Both the position numbers and the translations under genes were made by a program. 53,198 nucleotides of DNA from an uncultured Gammaproteobacteria bacterium (GTDB lineage Bacteria > Patescibacteriota > Patescibacteriia > UBA9934), in contig CAZMTL010000002.1 of assembly GCA_964569575.1 (NCBI GenBank), positions 85,618 through 138,815 on the forward strand, written 5' to 3'. The first letter of the stretch is position 1; each line of letters opens with the position of its first letter. Below, piece after piece: positions 45,049 to 53,198 of the stretch. The notes below the pieces were generated by a model. It saw only the letters and a list, made by a program, of their open reading frames with translations. It was not told where the DNA came from and ran no database searches.

Positions 45049-47648
45049 ACGCATTCAACTCACACAATTCAGACAACCAACAAAACGCTCCAAAGCGCCA
45101 AATTAACGCTACTCAAAAACCAAAACTCCATTCAAACGCAAACGCCCCCCTTTCTCCATACATCATCCATCTTTCACACGAAGAAGAAGCGCCTACAAAA
45201 ACAACCCCAAGTCATTTACAAAAATTAGCCCAGTCCCTGATTATTGATCAGGATTTTTCAGAAACCGAACCAGCGATCAACGAAAACGAACTCTCACTCA
45301 ATTTTGAAGAAATCGTCCACCAATTTACCGAATCAGACACAAACGTCGAACCGGTTCAACTCTTCGAATCAACAGAAAAAGCAACCCTACAAGCACCACC
45401 AACCCCTTCCGAATTTCATTCAAACAAACACAAAGGTGTTCAAATTCACAAAGCTCTTTTCTCGCAGGAAACAATCGAAGAAAACAGCGCACCAGCTGCA
45501 GAGCCAACCGAACCAGTGATCGAAGTAATCGAGGAACCACAGGTGATAGCGCACATCGCCTTCGAAGATGAAGAGCCCATCGAACAAATCGTCGAGCCAG
45601 AATACATTGAACGCCACGGATTCATCTACCGCCTCGTACCAAGCATTCGTCTACGAGCAGTCTTCGCATTCGTCCTTCTTTCATTCGCCTTCATCCTTCC
45701 GCTTCACGCCATTCAACAAGCTTACGCCGTAAAATCAACACAGGTACACATAACCGACAGCGGAAAACAAGCCATCGACCAGTTCATGCAAGGAACGAGC
45801 GCACTCGGCTCTGAACAGCTCGATTTAGCGGAAGGAGATTTTGCCGAAGCTGCAGAAACATTCAAAACTGCTGAAGAATCGTTGCAAAACATGGGAAGCG
45901 CCATCAATATTATCGCCTCCATCCTGCCGCAAACAGAACGAGCCTACAAATCTGCTACCGGATTGATTACAGCTGGAAAAGAAATCTCGAGTGCCGCAAG
46001 CCTAATGACGCGTGCCGCAAACGAAATTCAACAACGCACATCAATCAGCGCTTCGGTAAAACTCACGCTTCTCACCGCCTACATCGAAAACGCCCTCCCT
46101 CACCTTACAACCGCAAGTGAAGCGCTCGCGAACGTAGACGCAAACGCCGTCCCAGAAGAATACAAAACACAAATTCTCGAACTTCAACAAAAAGGCCCAG
46201 CACTCGAACGTTCAATGAAAGAATTCGTTACCTTCTCAGACGCGCTCACCACCATCCTCGGTTCTGGAAAGAAAATGCGCTACCTCGTGATCTTCCAAAA
46301 CAACACCGAATTACGAGCCACCGGCGGATTCCCAGGCAGCTTTGCAGAAATTGATGTGTTGAACGGCGAAATCGTAAACGTTAGCATTCCAGGAGGAGGG
46401 ACATATGACGTTCAAGGCCAACTCTCTCAATTCGTCGAAGCGCCACAACCACTCAGCCTCCTCAACGACCGCTGGGAATTCCACGACAGCACCTGGTTCC
46501 CCGATTTTCCAACATCTGCCCAAAAACTACTCTGGTTCTACGAACACGCAGGCGGCCCAACAGTTGACGGAGTAATCGCGATCAACGCAACCGTGATGCC
46601 GGATTTGTTACAGATTACCGGTCCCATCGAAATGCCAGAATACAGCCGAGTCATCGACAGCGAAAACTTCCTGTTCGAAACACAAAAAATTGTCGAAATC
46701 GAACACGAACAGTTCAACCTTCCAACCGAAGAACGACCAGAAGAAGCACCAAAGCAATTCATCGGAGACCTAGCGCCCAAAGTACTCGAACAGCTCAAGT
46801 CCGCAGACATGAACACGACCCTTTCCATGCTCGCCCTTTTGGGACAAAGCTTAGAGGAAAAAGATGTGCTCATCTACATGCAAGACAACGAACTACAGTC
46901 AGACATCGAAGCATTAAACTGGTCAGGAAAAATCAAACAAGCTCCACATGACTACCTAATGGTAGTGAACACAAATCTTGGAGGAGGAAAAACCGACACA
47001 GTAATCGACCAAACCATCGATGTTCTCTCCGAAGTACAAAAAGACGGCTCCATCATCAATACCGTCACGATTACAAAAGAACACCGAGGCTTGCAAACCA
47101 CCTTGTTTGAAGGAGTAAACAACGTCGATTACATTCGTCTCTACGTACCAAAAGGCAGCGAATTGCTCGGCGCAAACGGCTTCGAAATTCCCCCAGCGGA
47201 ACTATTCGAACAATCAACTCTCGCCCTTTCACCCGACCCAGATTTGGCAATGCTTGTCACAAATCAAGAAACACACGAACCAAGTCAAACCGATATTTGG
47301 GTAGAATCTGGAAAAACAGTCTTCGGAAACTGGATCCAAACAAAACCAGGCGAAGTAGAAGTAATCACCTTCACTTACAAACTTCCGCAGCAGCTTAAAC
47401 CACTCGCACAAGAACAAACACTACTTGAACTTGCAAAATCACGTCTTGGATTCAAAGACTTGGAAACACACACGTTCTTCCTGCAAAAACAACCAGGAGT
47501 AGAAACTCGAACGACCACCTACCAACTCGTAACTCCAAGTCAAAAACAGGTTCTATGGACATCGGGTGAAAATAACGAAACGCGATTCACCTTCGAAAAC
47601 ACGCACGACGCCCTCGCTCAGCTCTTGATCGAAAACGTGATTGAATAA
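45045..47648 (+). CDS. DUF4012 domain membrane protein
   Basis: 867 aa. Has a low-complexity N-terminus, a TM helix, and then RYLVIFQNNTELRATGGFPGSFAEIDVLNGEI, the DUF4012 signature as I recall it. Confidence 0.75.
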   Translation: MNAFNSHNSDNQQNAPKRQINATQKPKLHSNANAPLSPYIIHLSHEEEAPTKTTPSHLQKLAQSLIIDQDFSETEPAINENELSLNFEEIVHQFTESDTNVEPVQLFESTEKATLQAPPTPSEFHSNKHKGVQIHKALFSQETIEENSAPAAEPTEPVIEVIEEPQVIAHIAFEDEEPIEQIVEPEYIERHGFIYRLVPSIRLRAVFAFVLLSFAFILPLHAIQQAYAVKSTQVHITDSGKQAIDQFMQGTSALGSEQLDLAEGDFAEAAETFKTAEESLQNMGSAINIIASILPQTERAYKSATGLITAGKEISSAASLMTRAANEIQQRTSISASVKLTLLTAYIENALPHLTTASEALANVDANAVPEEYKTQILELQQKGPALERSMKEFVTFSDALTTILGSGKKMRYLVIFQNNTELRATGGFPGSFAEIDVLNGEIVNVSIPGGGTYDVQGQLSQFVEAPQPLSLLNDRWEFHDSTWFPDFPTSAQKLLWFYEHAGGPTVDGVIAINATVMPDLLQITGPIEMPEYSRVIDSENFLFETQKIVEIEHEQFNLPTEERPEEAPKQFIGDLAPKVLEQLKSADMNTTLSMLALLGQSLEEKDVLIYMQDNELQSDIEALNWSGKIKQAPHDYLMVVNTNLGGGKTDTVIDQTIDVLSEVQKDGSIINTVTITKEHRGLQTTLFEGVNNVDYIRLYVPKGSELLGANGFEIPPAELFEQSTLALSPDPDLAMLVTNQETHEPSQTDIWVESGKTVFGNWIQTKPGEVEVITFTYKLPQQLKPLAQEQTLLELAKSRLGFKDLETHTFFLQKQPGVETRTTTYQLVTPSQKQVLWTSGENNETRFTFENTHDALAQLLIENVIE

Positions 47649-47655
47649 CATTCGT

Positions 47656-49461
47656 ATGCGCAAGGAAAAACAGACCAAAACCGAAGAAGAATTGATGGAA
47701 GAAGGGCTTCGAGCGATTTACGGAAATCAAGAAAAGAAAGATTTCGAAACATTCGAACGAGGAAAAAATCGCCTCACCAGCCTGCTCTTAACCGCCATCA
47801 TCACCCTCGCCGTCCTCGCCGTAATCGGCTGGGGCGGCTACTTCGCGTATCAGAAATACCTTGCGCCACAAAGCGACGAACGGTTCACCATCGCGATCGA
47901 AGCACCACAATCGCTCAAAAGTGGAGAAATGACCGAAATCCTTCTTCACTACAACAACCCGACCGACGTCCCAATCACCGCCCTAGAACTCGATCTACAA
48001 TTACCCCAAACCTTCGTTGTCGAAGATCTATCTCCTGCTCCCGCAAATCAAGAAGACCAAATCTGGAGCATCGGTACCCTTACACCAGGTTCAGACGGCA
48101 CCATTGTGATTCGCGGTGTATGGATTGCACAGAACCCGTCATCAACACCAATCCAAGTCCTCGCAAACTACAAACCAGCCAACTTCAACGCAGATTTCCA
48201 AGACATCGAAACCGTCTACATCAGCACCACCGAAAGCGCTCTTGAAATCACCCTCAATGGCGAAGAAGAGATCCGACCAGGTGAACTATTTGAATACATC
48301 CTAACAGTAAAAAACACCGGCAACCGACCAATCGCACAACCGCAGATCGAACTAGATTTACCAACCGGATTCTTCCTCGAAGCAAGCGATCCCGAGATTG
48401 AACCCGGCATCGCTCCAATCTGGAAGCTGGAATCTATCGAAGCCGGAGCAGAAGAAATCATCGAACTAAGCGGAACATTTGCCGCAGACGTAAAAGGCTT
48501 CCAATACTTCGATGCCCGCGCAAGCATTCTGCACAACGACCGCAAGCTTGAACAAACAAGCACAGAAGGATTTGTCGACGTACTCGGAACCGACCTCACC
48601 GTTTCAATCGTCGCCAACGGAGGCACCGAAACCGTATTCGAACAAGCCGGCGGCAACATCCGTACAACCATCAGCTTCGAAAACACCAGCGAAGTCGCGA
48701 TCGACAACGCCAGCATCTTACTCGATCTTCAAGCCGCAAACGCCCTCCCAATCGCCTGGAACAGCGCAGAACTAGCCGGCGGCCGAATCACGAGCGAAGC
48801 GATCGTATTCGACACCGCACTCGTAAGCCCAATCGCCCCAGGTGAGCGAAAAACCTTCAACGTCATCCTTCCACTCAACAGCACCATCGGCGAAGGACAA
48901 GCGGATGCGTTCACACTAGTAGCGATCGCAAAACGGGATAACCTCGAAATCAAATCAAGCCCAATCGAAGTAAAAATCAACACCGAAGGCGATCTTGCGA
49001 CAACCGCTCGCTACTACAACGAAGACGGCGGCGCACTCGGAAACGGTCCAATGCCTCCAGAAGTCGGAAGCAAAACCAGCTATCGAATTTACTGGAACAT
49101 CGAAAACAGCTTGCACGACCTAGAACAAGTCGAAGTCACCGCAACCCTGCCACCGAACGTGACCTGGGAAGATCAAACCTCGACCCCAATCGGTACCTTC
49201 CGCTACGACGCAAGTACCAAGACGGTACGCTGGACGATTGATCGCATCGCAAGCAACATCCCAGAAGTAGAATCCTACTTCACCGTATCGGTCACCCCTT
49301 CCGCAAACGACGTCGGAAAATTCCTAAAACTCACCTCCGAATCAACACTTAAAGCTAAGGACACAAAAAACCAAAGCAACATAGAATCAAACATCGAAGG
49401 AGAAACCACCGAACTCCCCCAAGATGACTTCGCAGAAGGAAAAGGAATCGTAATCGAATAA
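47656..49461 (+). CDS. membrane-anchored surface protein with repeated beta-sandwich-like (DUF11/CARDB-like) segments
   Basis: Has an N-terminal TM anchor. Repeated segments such as LTVKNTGNRPIAQPQIELDLPTGFFL appear. ATG 47656 is preferred over the TTG at 47641 in the track. The function assignment is weak. Confidence 0.6.
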   Translation: MRKEKQTKTEEELMEEGLRAIYGNQEKKDFETFERGKNRLTSLLLTAIITLAVLAVIGWGGYFAYQKYLAPQSDERFTIAIEAPQSLKSGEMTEILLHYNNPTDVPITALELDLQLPQTFVVEDLSPAPANQEDQIWSIGTLTPGSDGTIVIRGVWIAQNPSSTPIQVLANYKPANFNADFQDIETVYISTTESALEITLNGEEEIRPGELFEYILTVKNTGNRPIAQPQIELDLPTGFFLEASDPEIEPGIAPIWKLESIEAGAEEIIELSGTFAADVKGFQYFDARASILHNDRKLEQTSTEGFVDVLGTDLTVSIVANGGTETVFEQAGGNIRTTISFENTSEVAIDNASILLDLQAANALPIAWNSAELAGGRITSEAIVFDTALVSPIAPGERKTFNVILPLNSTIGEGQADAFTLVAIAKRDNLEIKSSPIEVKINTEGDLATTARYYNEDGGALGNGPMPPEVGSKTSYRIYWNIENSLHDLEQVEVTATLPPNVTWEDQTSTPIGTFRYDASTKTVRWTIDRIASNIPEVESYFTVSVTPSANDVGKFLKLTSESTLKAKDTKNQSNIESNIEGETTELPQDDFAEGKGIVIE

Positions 49462-49462
49462 T

Positions 49463-49491
49463 AAAACACCACTCGCTTAGAGTGGTGTTTT
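49463..49491. terminator. bidirectional intrinsic terminator shared by convergent genes
   Basis: 12-bp stem aaaacaccactc / gagtggtgtttt with loop GCTTA and U-rich flanks on both strands. The stop codon of the HNH ORF (49477-49479) lies in the loop. Confidence 0.75.
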
Positions 49492-50172
49492 TAAATAATT
49501 AAAATGAAATAAATGACCATCGTCTTTGTTAATCAAATAAATATAGACTGGAAATCGATCATAAAAACAAAACTCCCAAAAAAACGAATTAGAATCACGA
49601 CACTTCTGAAATCGAAATTTAAACACTACATTGCCAACAAAATTCACACCTCCTAATAAAGAACTCAATCTACTAGCATTTTCGAACTGAAAAGAATCGC
49701 GCTCAAGATTAATAGTTGACCAAATTATTTTTGCTTTATATTCAGAACTTAAATCTAGGTATCGAGAAAAATGCTTAAAATATAATCCTTTCAATATCTT
49801 AATAATACACTGTTCAAACGATTTTTTCTCTGAATCACCTAAAATAAAAGCAACTGAGTCTGTTCGGACAATAATTTTTCGAAACTGATTCAACAAGTAG
49901 TTAGGTCGATACTCCAAATTACGTATTTTTGATTGGGAATGTTTTTCTGCATTTACATCTCCAAAGGCAGAATGAAATAAAATCTGACAAAAATCATGCT
50001 CATATTTAGCGGCAATATCGTTATTGCACTTCTTATGAGAATTCTTTTTGGAAACTATAAAGTCAGAAAGATCAACAGATAACGCATCCTGCAACATCGC
50101 TTTCGGAACTAAATGCTCTCTACCCCCTAAACCAGGCAAAACTAATTCTCCGCACCAATAACAAACATTCAT
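49477..50172 (-). CDS. HNH (His-Me finger) endonuclease-domain protein with an unknown C-terminal domain
   Basis: 231 aa. Shows CYWCG...GGREHLVPKA...HKKCNND, an HNH-like CxxC / H / N pattern. The gene is markedly A+T-rich relative to both neighbours. Confidence 0.65.
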   Translation of the reverse strand: MNVCYWCGELVLPGLGGREHLVPKAMLQDALSVDLSDFIVSKKNSHKKCNNDIAAKYEHDFCQILFHSAFGDVNAEKHSQSKIRNLEYRPNYLLNQFRKIIVRTDSVAFILGDSEKKSFEQCIIKILKGLYFKHFSRYLDLSSEYKAKIIWSTINLERDSFQFENASRLSSLLGGVNFVGNVVFKFRFQKCRDSNSFFWEFCFYDRFPVYIYLINKDDGHLFHFNYLKTPL

Positions 50173-50179
50173 AATTCTT

Positions 50180-51142
50180 CTACCCCCTCACCCTTTTCAT
50201 CCCCTTATACGCCGCATACCACAAATGTTTTTGCGGCAAATCAAATGTCCCTGGCATTTCTACCACTCGACCTCCGTAACCTTTTTTATAACGAGTAACA
50301 CCAACCAACGGATGATTCTCGACTCCCTCCGGTGCAATGCCCCAAAAGTCGAACGTCTTAAATCCTTTCGCGATTGCGTCTTGAATCAAAAACCAATGCA
50401 ATCCGTAGGGCGCCATGACGTTTCGGTGAAGGTTGCTGGACGAACCAACCAGGTAGGTTCGCGTGTCCCCGAAATCGATCATCAAATTCGCCACAAGCGG
50501 GCGACCTTCGTAAAAAGCCATCGCTAAATACGCATGCGCTTCGCCCTTTAGAACCTCTAGCATCGTACGATAATACTGCGGAGGCCAACCGGCAAAGCGA
50601 TCGCGCTGAGTAGTTTGTTCAAACAAGCGAATAAAATCATCAAAATACTCAAACCCGACAATTTTACATTCAACCCCCTTCTTCGCTGCCAACCGAATAT
50701 TATACCTGGTCTTCGCCTTCATTTCGGCAAGCAAGCCTTCCTCCCCCTTTTCCAAATCCAACACCAACGTCTCGGCTGGTTGAACATCTTTAATCCGCAA
50801 AAAATCCGAAGCCGCATCGGGCTCCATGCGTAAAAACACGGCATCCGAAAGCTGTTCACGCAACGCCGTTACCTGCTTGGTTAATACCGCCTTCCCAAGC
50901 GGACCTTTGGGCAAATACCAATATCGCTGTCCAAGTGGAAGCGGCATCCCAATCGCCTGAGCAATCGTACGACCTTCTGGCCCTACGTGATCAATACGCC
51001 GAACATCACGTCCAAGCTGTTCCTGAAATTCTCCCCACTCCCAAGACTGCAAAAAAGCCCCAAACGACGGAGCGTATTCTTGTACTAAATTGTTCCAATA
51101 GGCTTTTTCCATAACTTCCTTCACTATACCATTTTCAATCAC
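50180..51142 (-). CDS. FemAB-family peptidoglycan bridge-forming aminoacyltransferase
   Basis: 320 aa. Shows SFGAFLQSWEWGEFQEQLGR and the FemAB-like layout. The GTG start abuts the ruvA stop. Confidence 0.8.
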   Translation of the reverse strand: MIENGIVKEVMEKAYWNNLVQEYAPSFGAFLQSWEWGEFQEQLGRDVRRIDHVGPEGRTIAQAIGMPLPLGQRYWYLPKGPLGKAVLTKQVTALREQLSDAVFLRMEPDAASDFLRIKDVQPAETLVLDLEKGEEGLLAEMKAKTRYNIRLAAKKGVECKIVGFEYFDDFIRLFEQTTQRDRFAGWPPQYYRTMLEVLKGEAHAYLAMAFYEGRPLVANLMIDFGDTRTYLVGSSSNLHRNVMAPYGLHWFLIQDAIAKGFKTFDFWGIAPEGVENHPLVGVTRYKKGYGGRVVEMPGTFDLPQKHLWYAAYKGMKRVRG

Positions 51143-51691
51143 CTACCGACCAAGCGCTCGAAGCGCTTCGCGCAATCGGTCTTCGGCATCGCGTCCTGTT
51201 AAGCCTCGCACCACTTCTAGCACATCTTTTCGCGCATAACCTAGCGAAATTAGCGCCTCCAACGTATCCATATCTTCCACCGAATCCTCCTCAGTTTGAA
51301 CCAATACGCCTTTCAATTCCAAAATAATCTTCTGCGCTGTTTTCTTCCCAACCCCAGGAATCGTGGTCAAAAACGCAATGTCGCCTTTCAAAATAGCCGC
51401 TTTCAATTTATCAACACTTCCTCCGCTCAACATCTTCTGCGCCAACTTTGGCCCAATTCCCGAAACTTCAATCAACCGTTCAAATAACTCCAACACCGAA
51501 GTATCGGTAAAAACATACAATTCCCGCCTATCTTCGCGCAAAAAATCCACTACCTCCAGTTCAACATCATCTCCGATAGAAAGAATACAACCCACAGGAA
51601 ACACCTTGTATCCAATACCCGAAACCAAAACCACATTCCATCCAATTCCACTCCGAATCACCCTCCCTGTTAAATAGGCAATCATAGACAT
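51143..51691 (-). CDS. ruvA: Holliday junction branch migration complex subunit RuvA
   Basis: 182 aa. Shows MSMIAYLTGRV and the HhH motifs LIEVSGIGPKLAQKML and IPGVGKKTAQKIILEL. Confidence 0.9.
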   Translation of the reverse strand: MSMIAYLTGRVIRSGIGWNVVLVSGIGYKVFPVGCILSIGDDVELEVVDFLREDRRELYVFTDTSVLELFERLIEVSGIGPKLAQKMLSGGSVDKLKAAILKGDIAFLTTIPGVGKKTAQKIILELKGVLVQTEEDSVEDMDTLEALISLGYARKDVLEVVRGLTGRDAEDRLREALRALGR

Positions 51692-51727
51692 TCATTTTCT
51701 CACGCAAACAAGCGTCTGTCTACGTCA

Positions 51728-52939
51728 CTACTCTCGCAACAACGCACGCGCTTGATCAACCCGCTTTTGCAGTTCATCCACATGCGAACTAAATCCTCGT
51801 AAATCACCCCGACCATCTACCGCATCCGAAATTTTTTGAACAACGTCCGCACGTCCGGGACCGAATGGAACATTCAAAAGAGAAAAAAGAACATCACCCG
51901 CTAAACCAACTTCTTCAAGCACCTGCTTCCGCCTGCGTCGAAACGCCTCTTCGCGCTTTTTGCTCCGTCGATGTTTCCGTTCTTCGCGCGCCATCAATTC
52001 TGAACGCAAACAATTCAACACAGGTTGATATTGAGCAGAAAATTGCCCGTGCTCGTACGCCAAACTACCCGCGGTAACATCTAAAAACAAACAGCCAAGC
52101 GCTAAATCGAGATAGTCATCTGCATCATATCCGTCACGTCCAGCCTGTTGCGCTAAAAAGTCATACTTCTCGACATTCACTCCATTCAAAAAGAACGACA
52201 TCGTCTGCATGTGCCGCTTTGTAAGCAACCGAAGTGAATCAACATGATCGGCCGAAACCCGAAACTGCGAAGCGATCACTTCGCGCACGCTAGCAAACGA
52301 ATCCCCCGAACCCACGCGATCGTGATTGTAATAATGCACCTGAATTTCGTATTCATCAAAAAAATTCGCCATCGATTCGGGCACTTCACTCCCCTCGTGC
52401 TTCACTAAAAACGATTTAAACAATTTAAAATAATGCTGAATTTGCTCCACGTCACCCAATCCCTTTCGACGCGCCTCCACAAACCCCTCCTTCGCCCCTT
52501 TCGAACCAGGCAGCGCTTCCAAAAACACCACATCCGGCTTTGCAATATCGTGCACAAACGCATACGCAAGGAAAAACCCCGCATGTTCACGAATCACTTC
52601 CTGCAACTCCACCAATCCTTCATGCAATGTTTTTTCGCGCGAAAATTCCTCAATCGTTAACAAATCCGCCCCTTGAACCACCGCCTGAATCGTCCCCAGC
52701 ATCCGCTTCACATGCACATCAACCGTAATTCCTTCGCAATGCCAAGGCGCCGACTGCGGCGTATTCCGAAATCGCTTCACCGCCCCAACCTTCGCAGCAA
52801 CTTCCTGAAAAAGATCATCCACCTCCCGCCGAATCGCCTCATTCCCAACCACAAACTTCTCCATCCAATCCAAAAAATACCAAGTCTCGCGACTACTCTT
52901 CAATCCATCCTGCAATTCCACCCGATCAAATTCCCACAT
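51728..52939 (-). CDS. HD-domain protein of unknown function
   Basis: FAYAFVHDIAKPD is an HD motif. Start set to ATG 52939 (MWEFDRVELQ) because TGcTATAAT lies 6 nt upstream. The track ORF extends to 52996. Confidence 0.55.
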   Translation of the reverse strand: MWEFDRVELQDGLKSSRETWYFLDWMEKFVVGNEAIRREVDDLFQEVAAKVGAVKRFRNTPQSAPWHCEGITVDVHVKRMLGTIQAVVQGADLLTIEEFSREKTLHEGLVELQEVIREHAGFFLAYAFVHDIAKPDVVFLEALPGSKGAKEGFVEARRKGLGDVEQIQHYFKLFKSFLVKHEGSEVPESMANFFDEYEIQVHYYNHDRVGSGDSFASVREVIASQFRVSADHVDSLRLLTKRHMQTMSFFLNGVNVEKYDFLAQQAGRDGYDADDYLDLALGCLFLDVTAGSLAYEHGQFSAQYQPVLNCLRSELMAREERKHRRSKKREEAFRRRRKQVLEEVGLAGDVLFSLLNVPFGPGRADVVQKISDAVDGRGDLRGFSSHVDELQKRVDQARALLRE

Positions 52940-52945
52940 GCAGAA

Positions 52946-52954
52946 ATTATAGCA
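52946..52954 (-). promoter_or_regulatory. extended -10 promoter of the HD-domain gene, leaderless-type
   Basis: The minus strand reads TGcTATAAT followed by exactly 6 nt and then the ATG at 52939. Confidence 0.55.
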
Positions 52955-53046
52955 CGAGACGCATAAATGAGAGGAAGCACATTCAACGCTCACCAAGAGA
53001 TTGCTTCGTCATAGGACTCCTCGCAATGACCAAGTCGAGGTGCATA

Positions 53047-53073
53047 GATTTTTCACTTCGTTCAGAATGACAA
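53047..53073. repeat. hairpin repeat element, partial copy 2
   Basis: gatttttcacttcgttcagaatgacaa matches 28921-28947 at 24 of 27 positions. Confidence 0.6.
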
Positions 53074-53198
53074 AGTGGTTTGTTCTGATGTTCTTCCTAC
53101 ACGAAGAGAGGCAAAGCCGAACGCCAACGCTGTGCCCGCCTCTGGCGGGGAGTTCAACGCACTGTGACAAAGGCACTGTAACAAAATCACGCGAAGGT

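Overview
This 53.2-kb window looks like a streamlined bacterial chromosome segment, probably Patescibacteria/CPR-like. That lineage call is an inference from gene content only: short YidC, FemAB-family gene, DUF4012 glycan cluster, orphan family-5 solute-binding protein, bactofilin, weak Shine-Dalgarno usage. Coding is dense. Positions 1-27496 are almost all minus-strand: rsmA, tsaC, an epimerase, prfB, groES-groEL behind a CIRCE operator, an O-antigen-ligase/flippase-like envelope block, yidC, nusA, yraN, mscL, an FG-GAP adhesin, two tRNAs, a lipid kinase, bactofilin, and a valS-tyrS-argS operon. Positions 27670-49461 are plus-strand: a DHH-like protein, cca, tRNA-Val, rluD-like, cmk-like, rplS, secG, an SBP, rnj, trpS, RNase P RNA, and a WbaP-like/3x GT4/DUF4012/surface-protein cluster. 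Positions 49477-52939 are minus-strand again: HNH, FemAB, ruvA, and an HD-domain protein. I found four tRNAs and an RNase P RNA that the ORF track cannot show, many intrinsic terminators, and sigma70-like promoters. No CRISPR array, integrase or transposase is visible. The main anomalies are compositional. Two short, strongly G+C-rich islands (about 15735-17870 and 38870-39495) are embedded in host-like A+T-rich promoter/terminator scaffolding. They encode a secreted protein with a Gly-Cys/TM/RRR C-terminal sorting tail, an RTX-repeat protein and an orphan 159-aa protein. A 0.7-kb A+T-rich single-gene HNH island sits between femAB and a shared terminator. Secondary observations are a recurrent leaderless-type promoter architecture, a tRNA-Ile with UAU anticodon, an RNase P RNA with an enlarged P12 region, a dispersed short repeat family, and a Cys-rich membrane protein downstream of groEL. 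I could not identify a coherent multi-gene novel system. The islands are the best candidates for follow-up.
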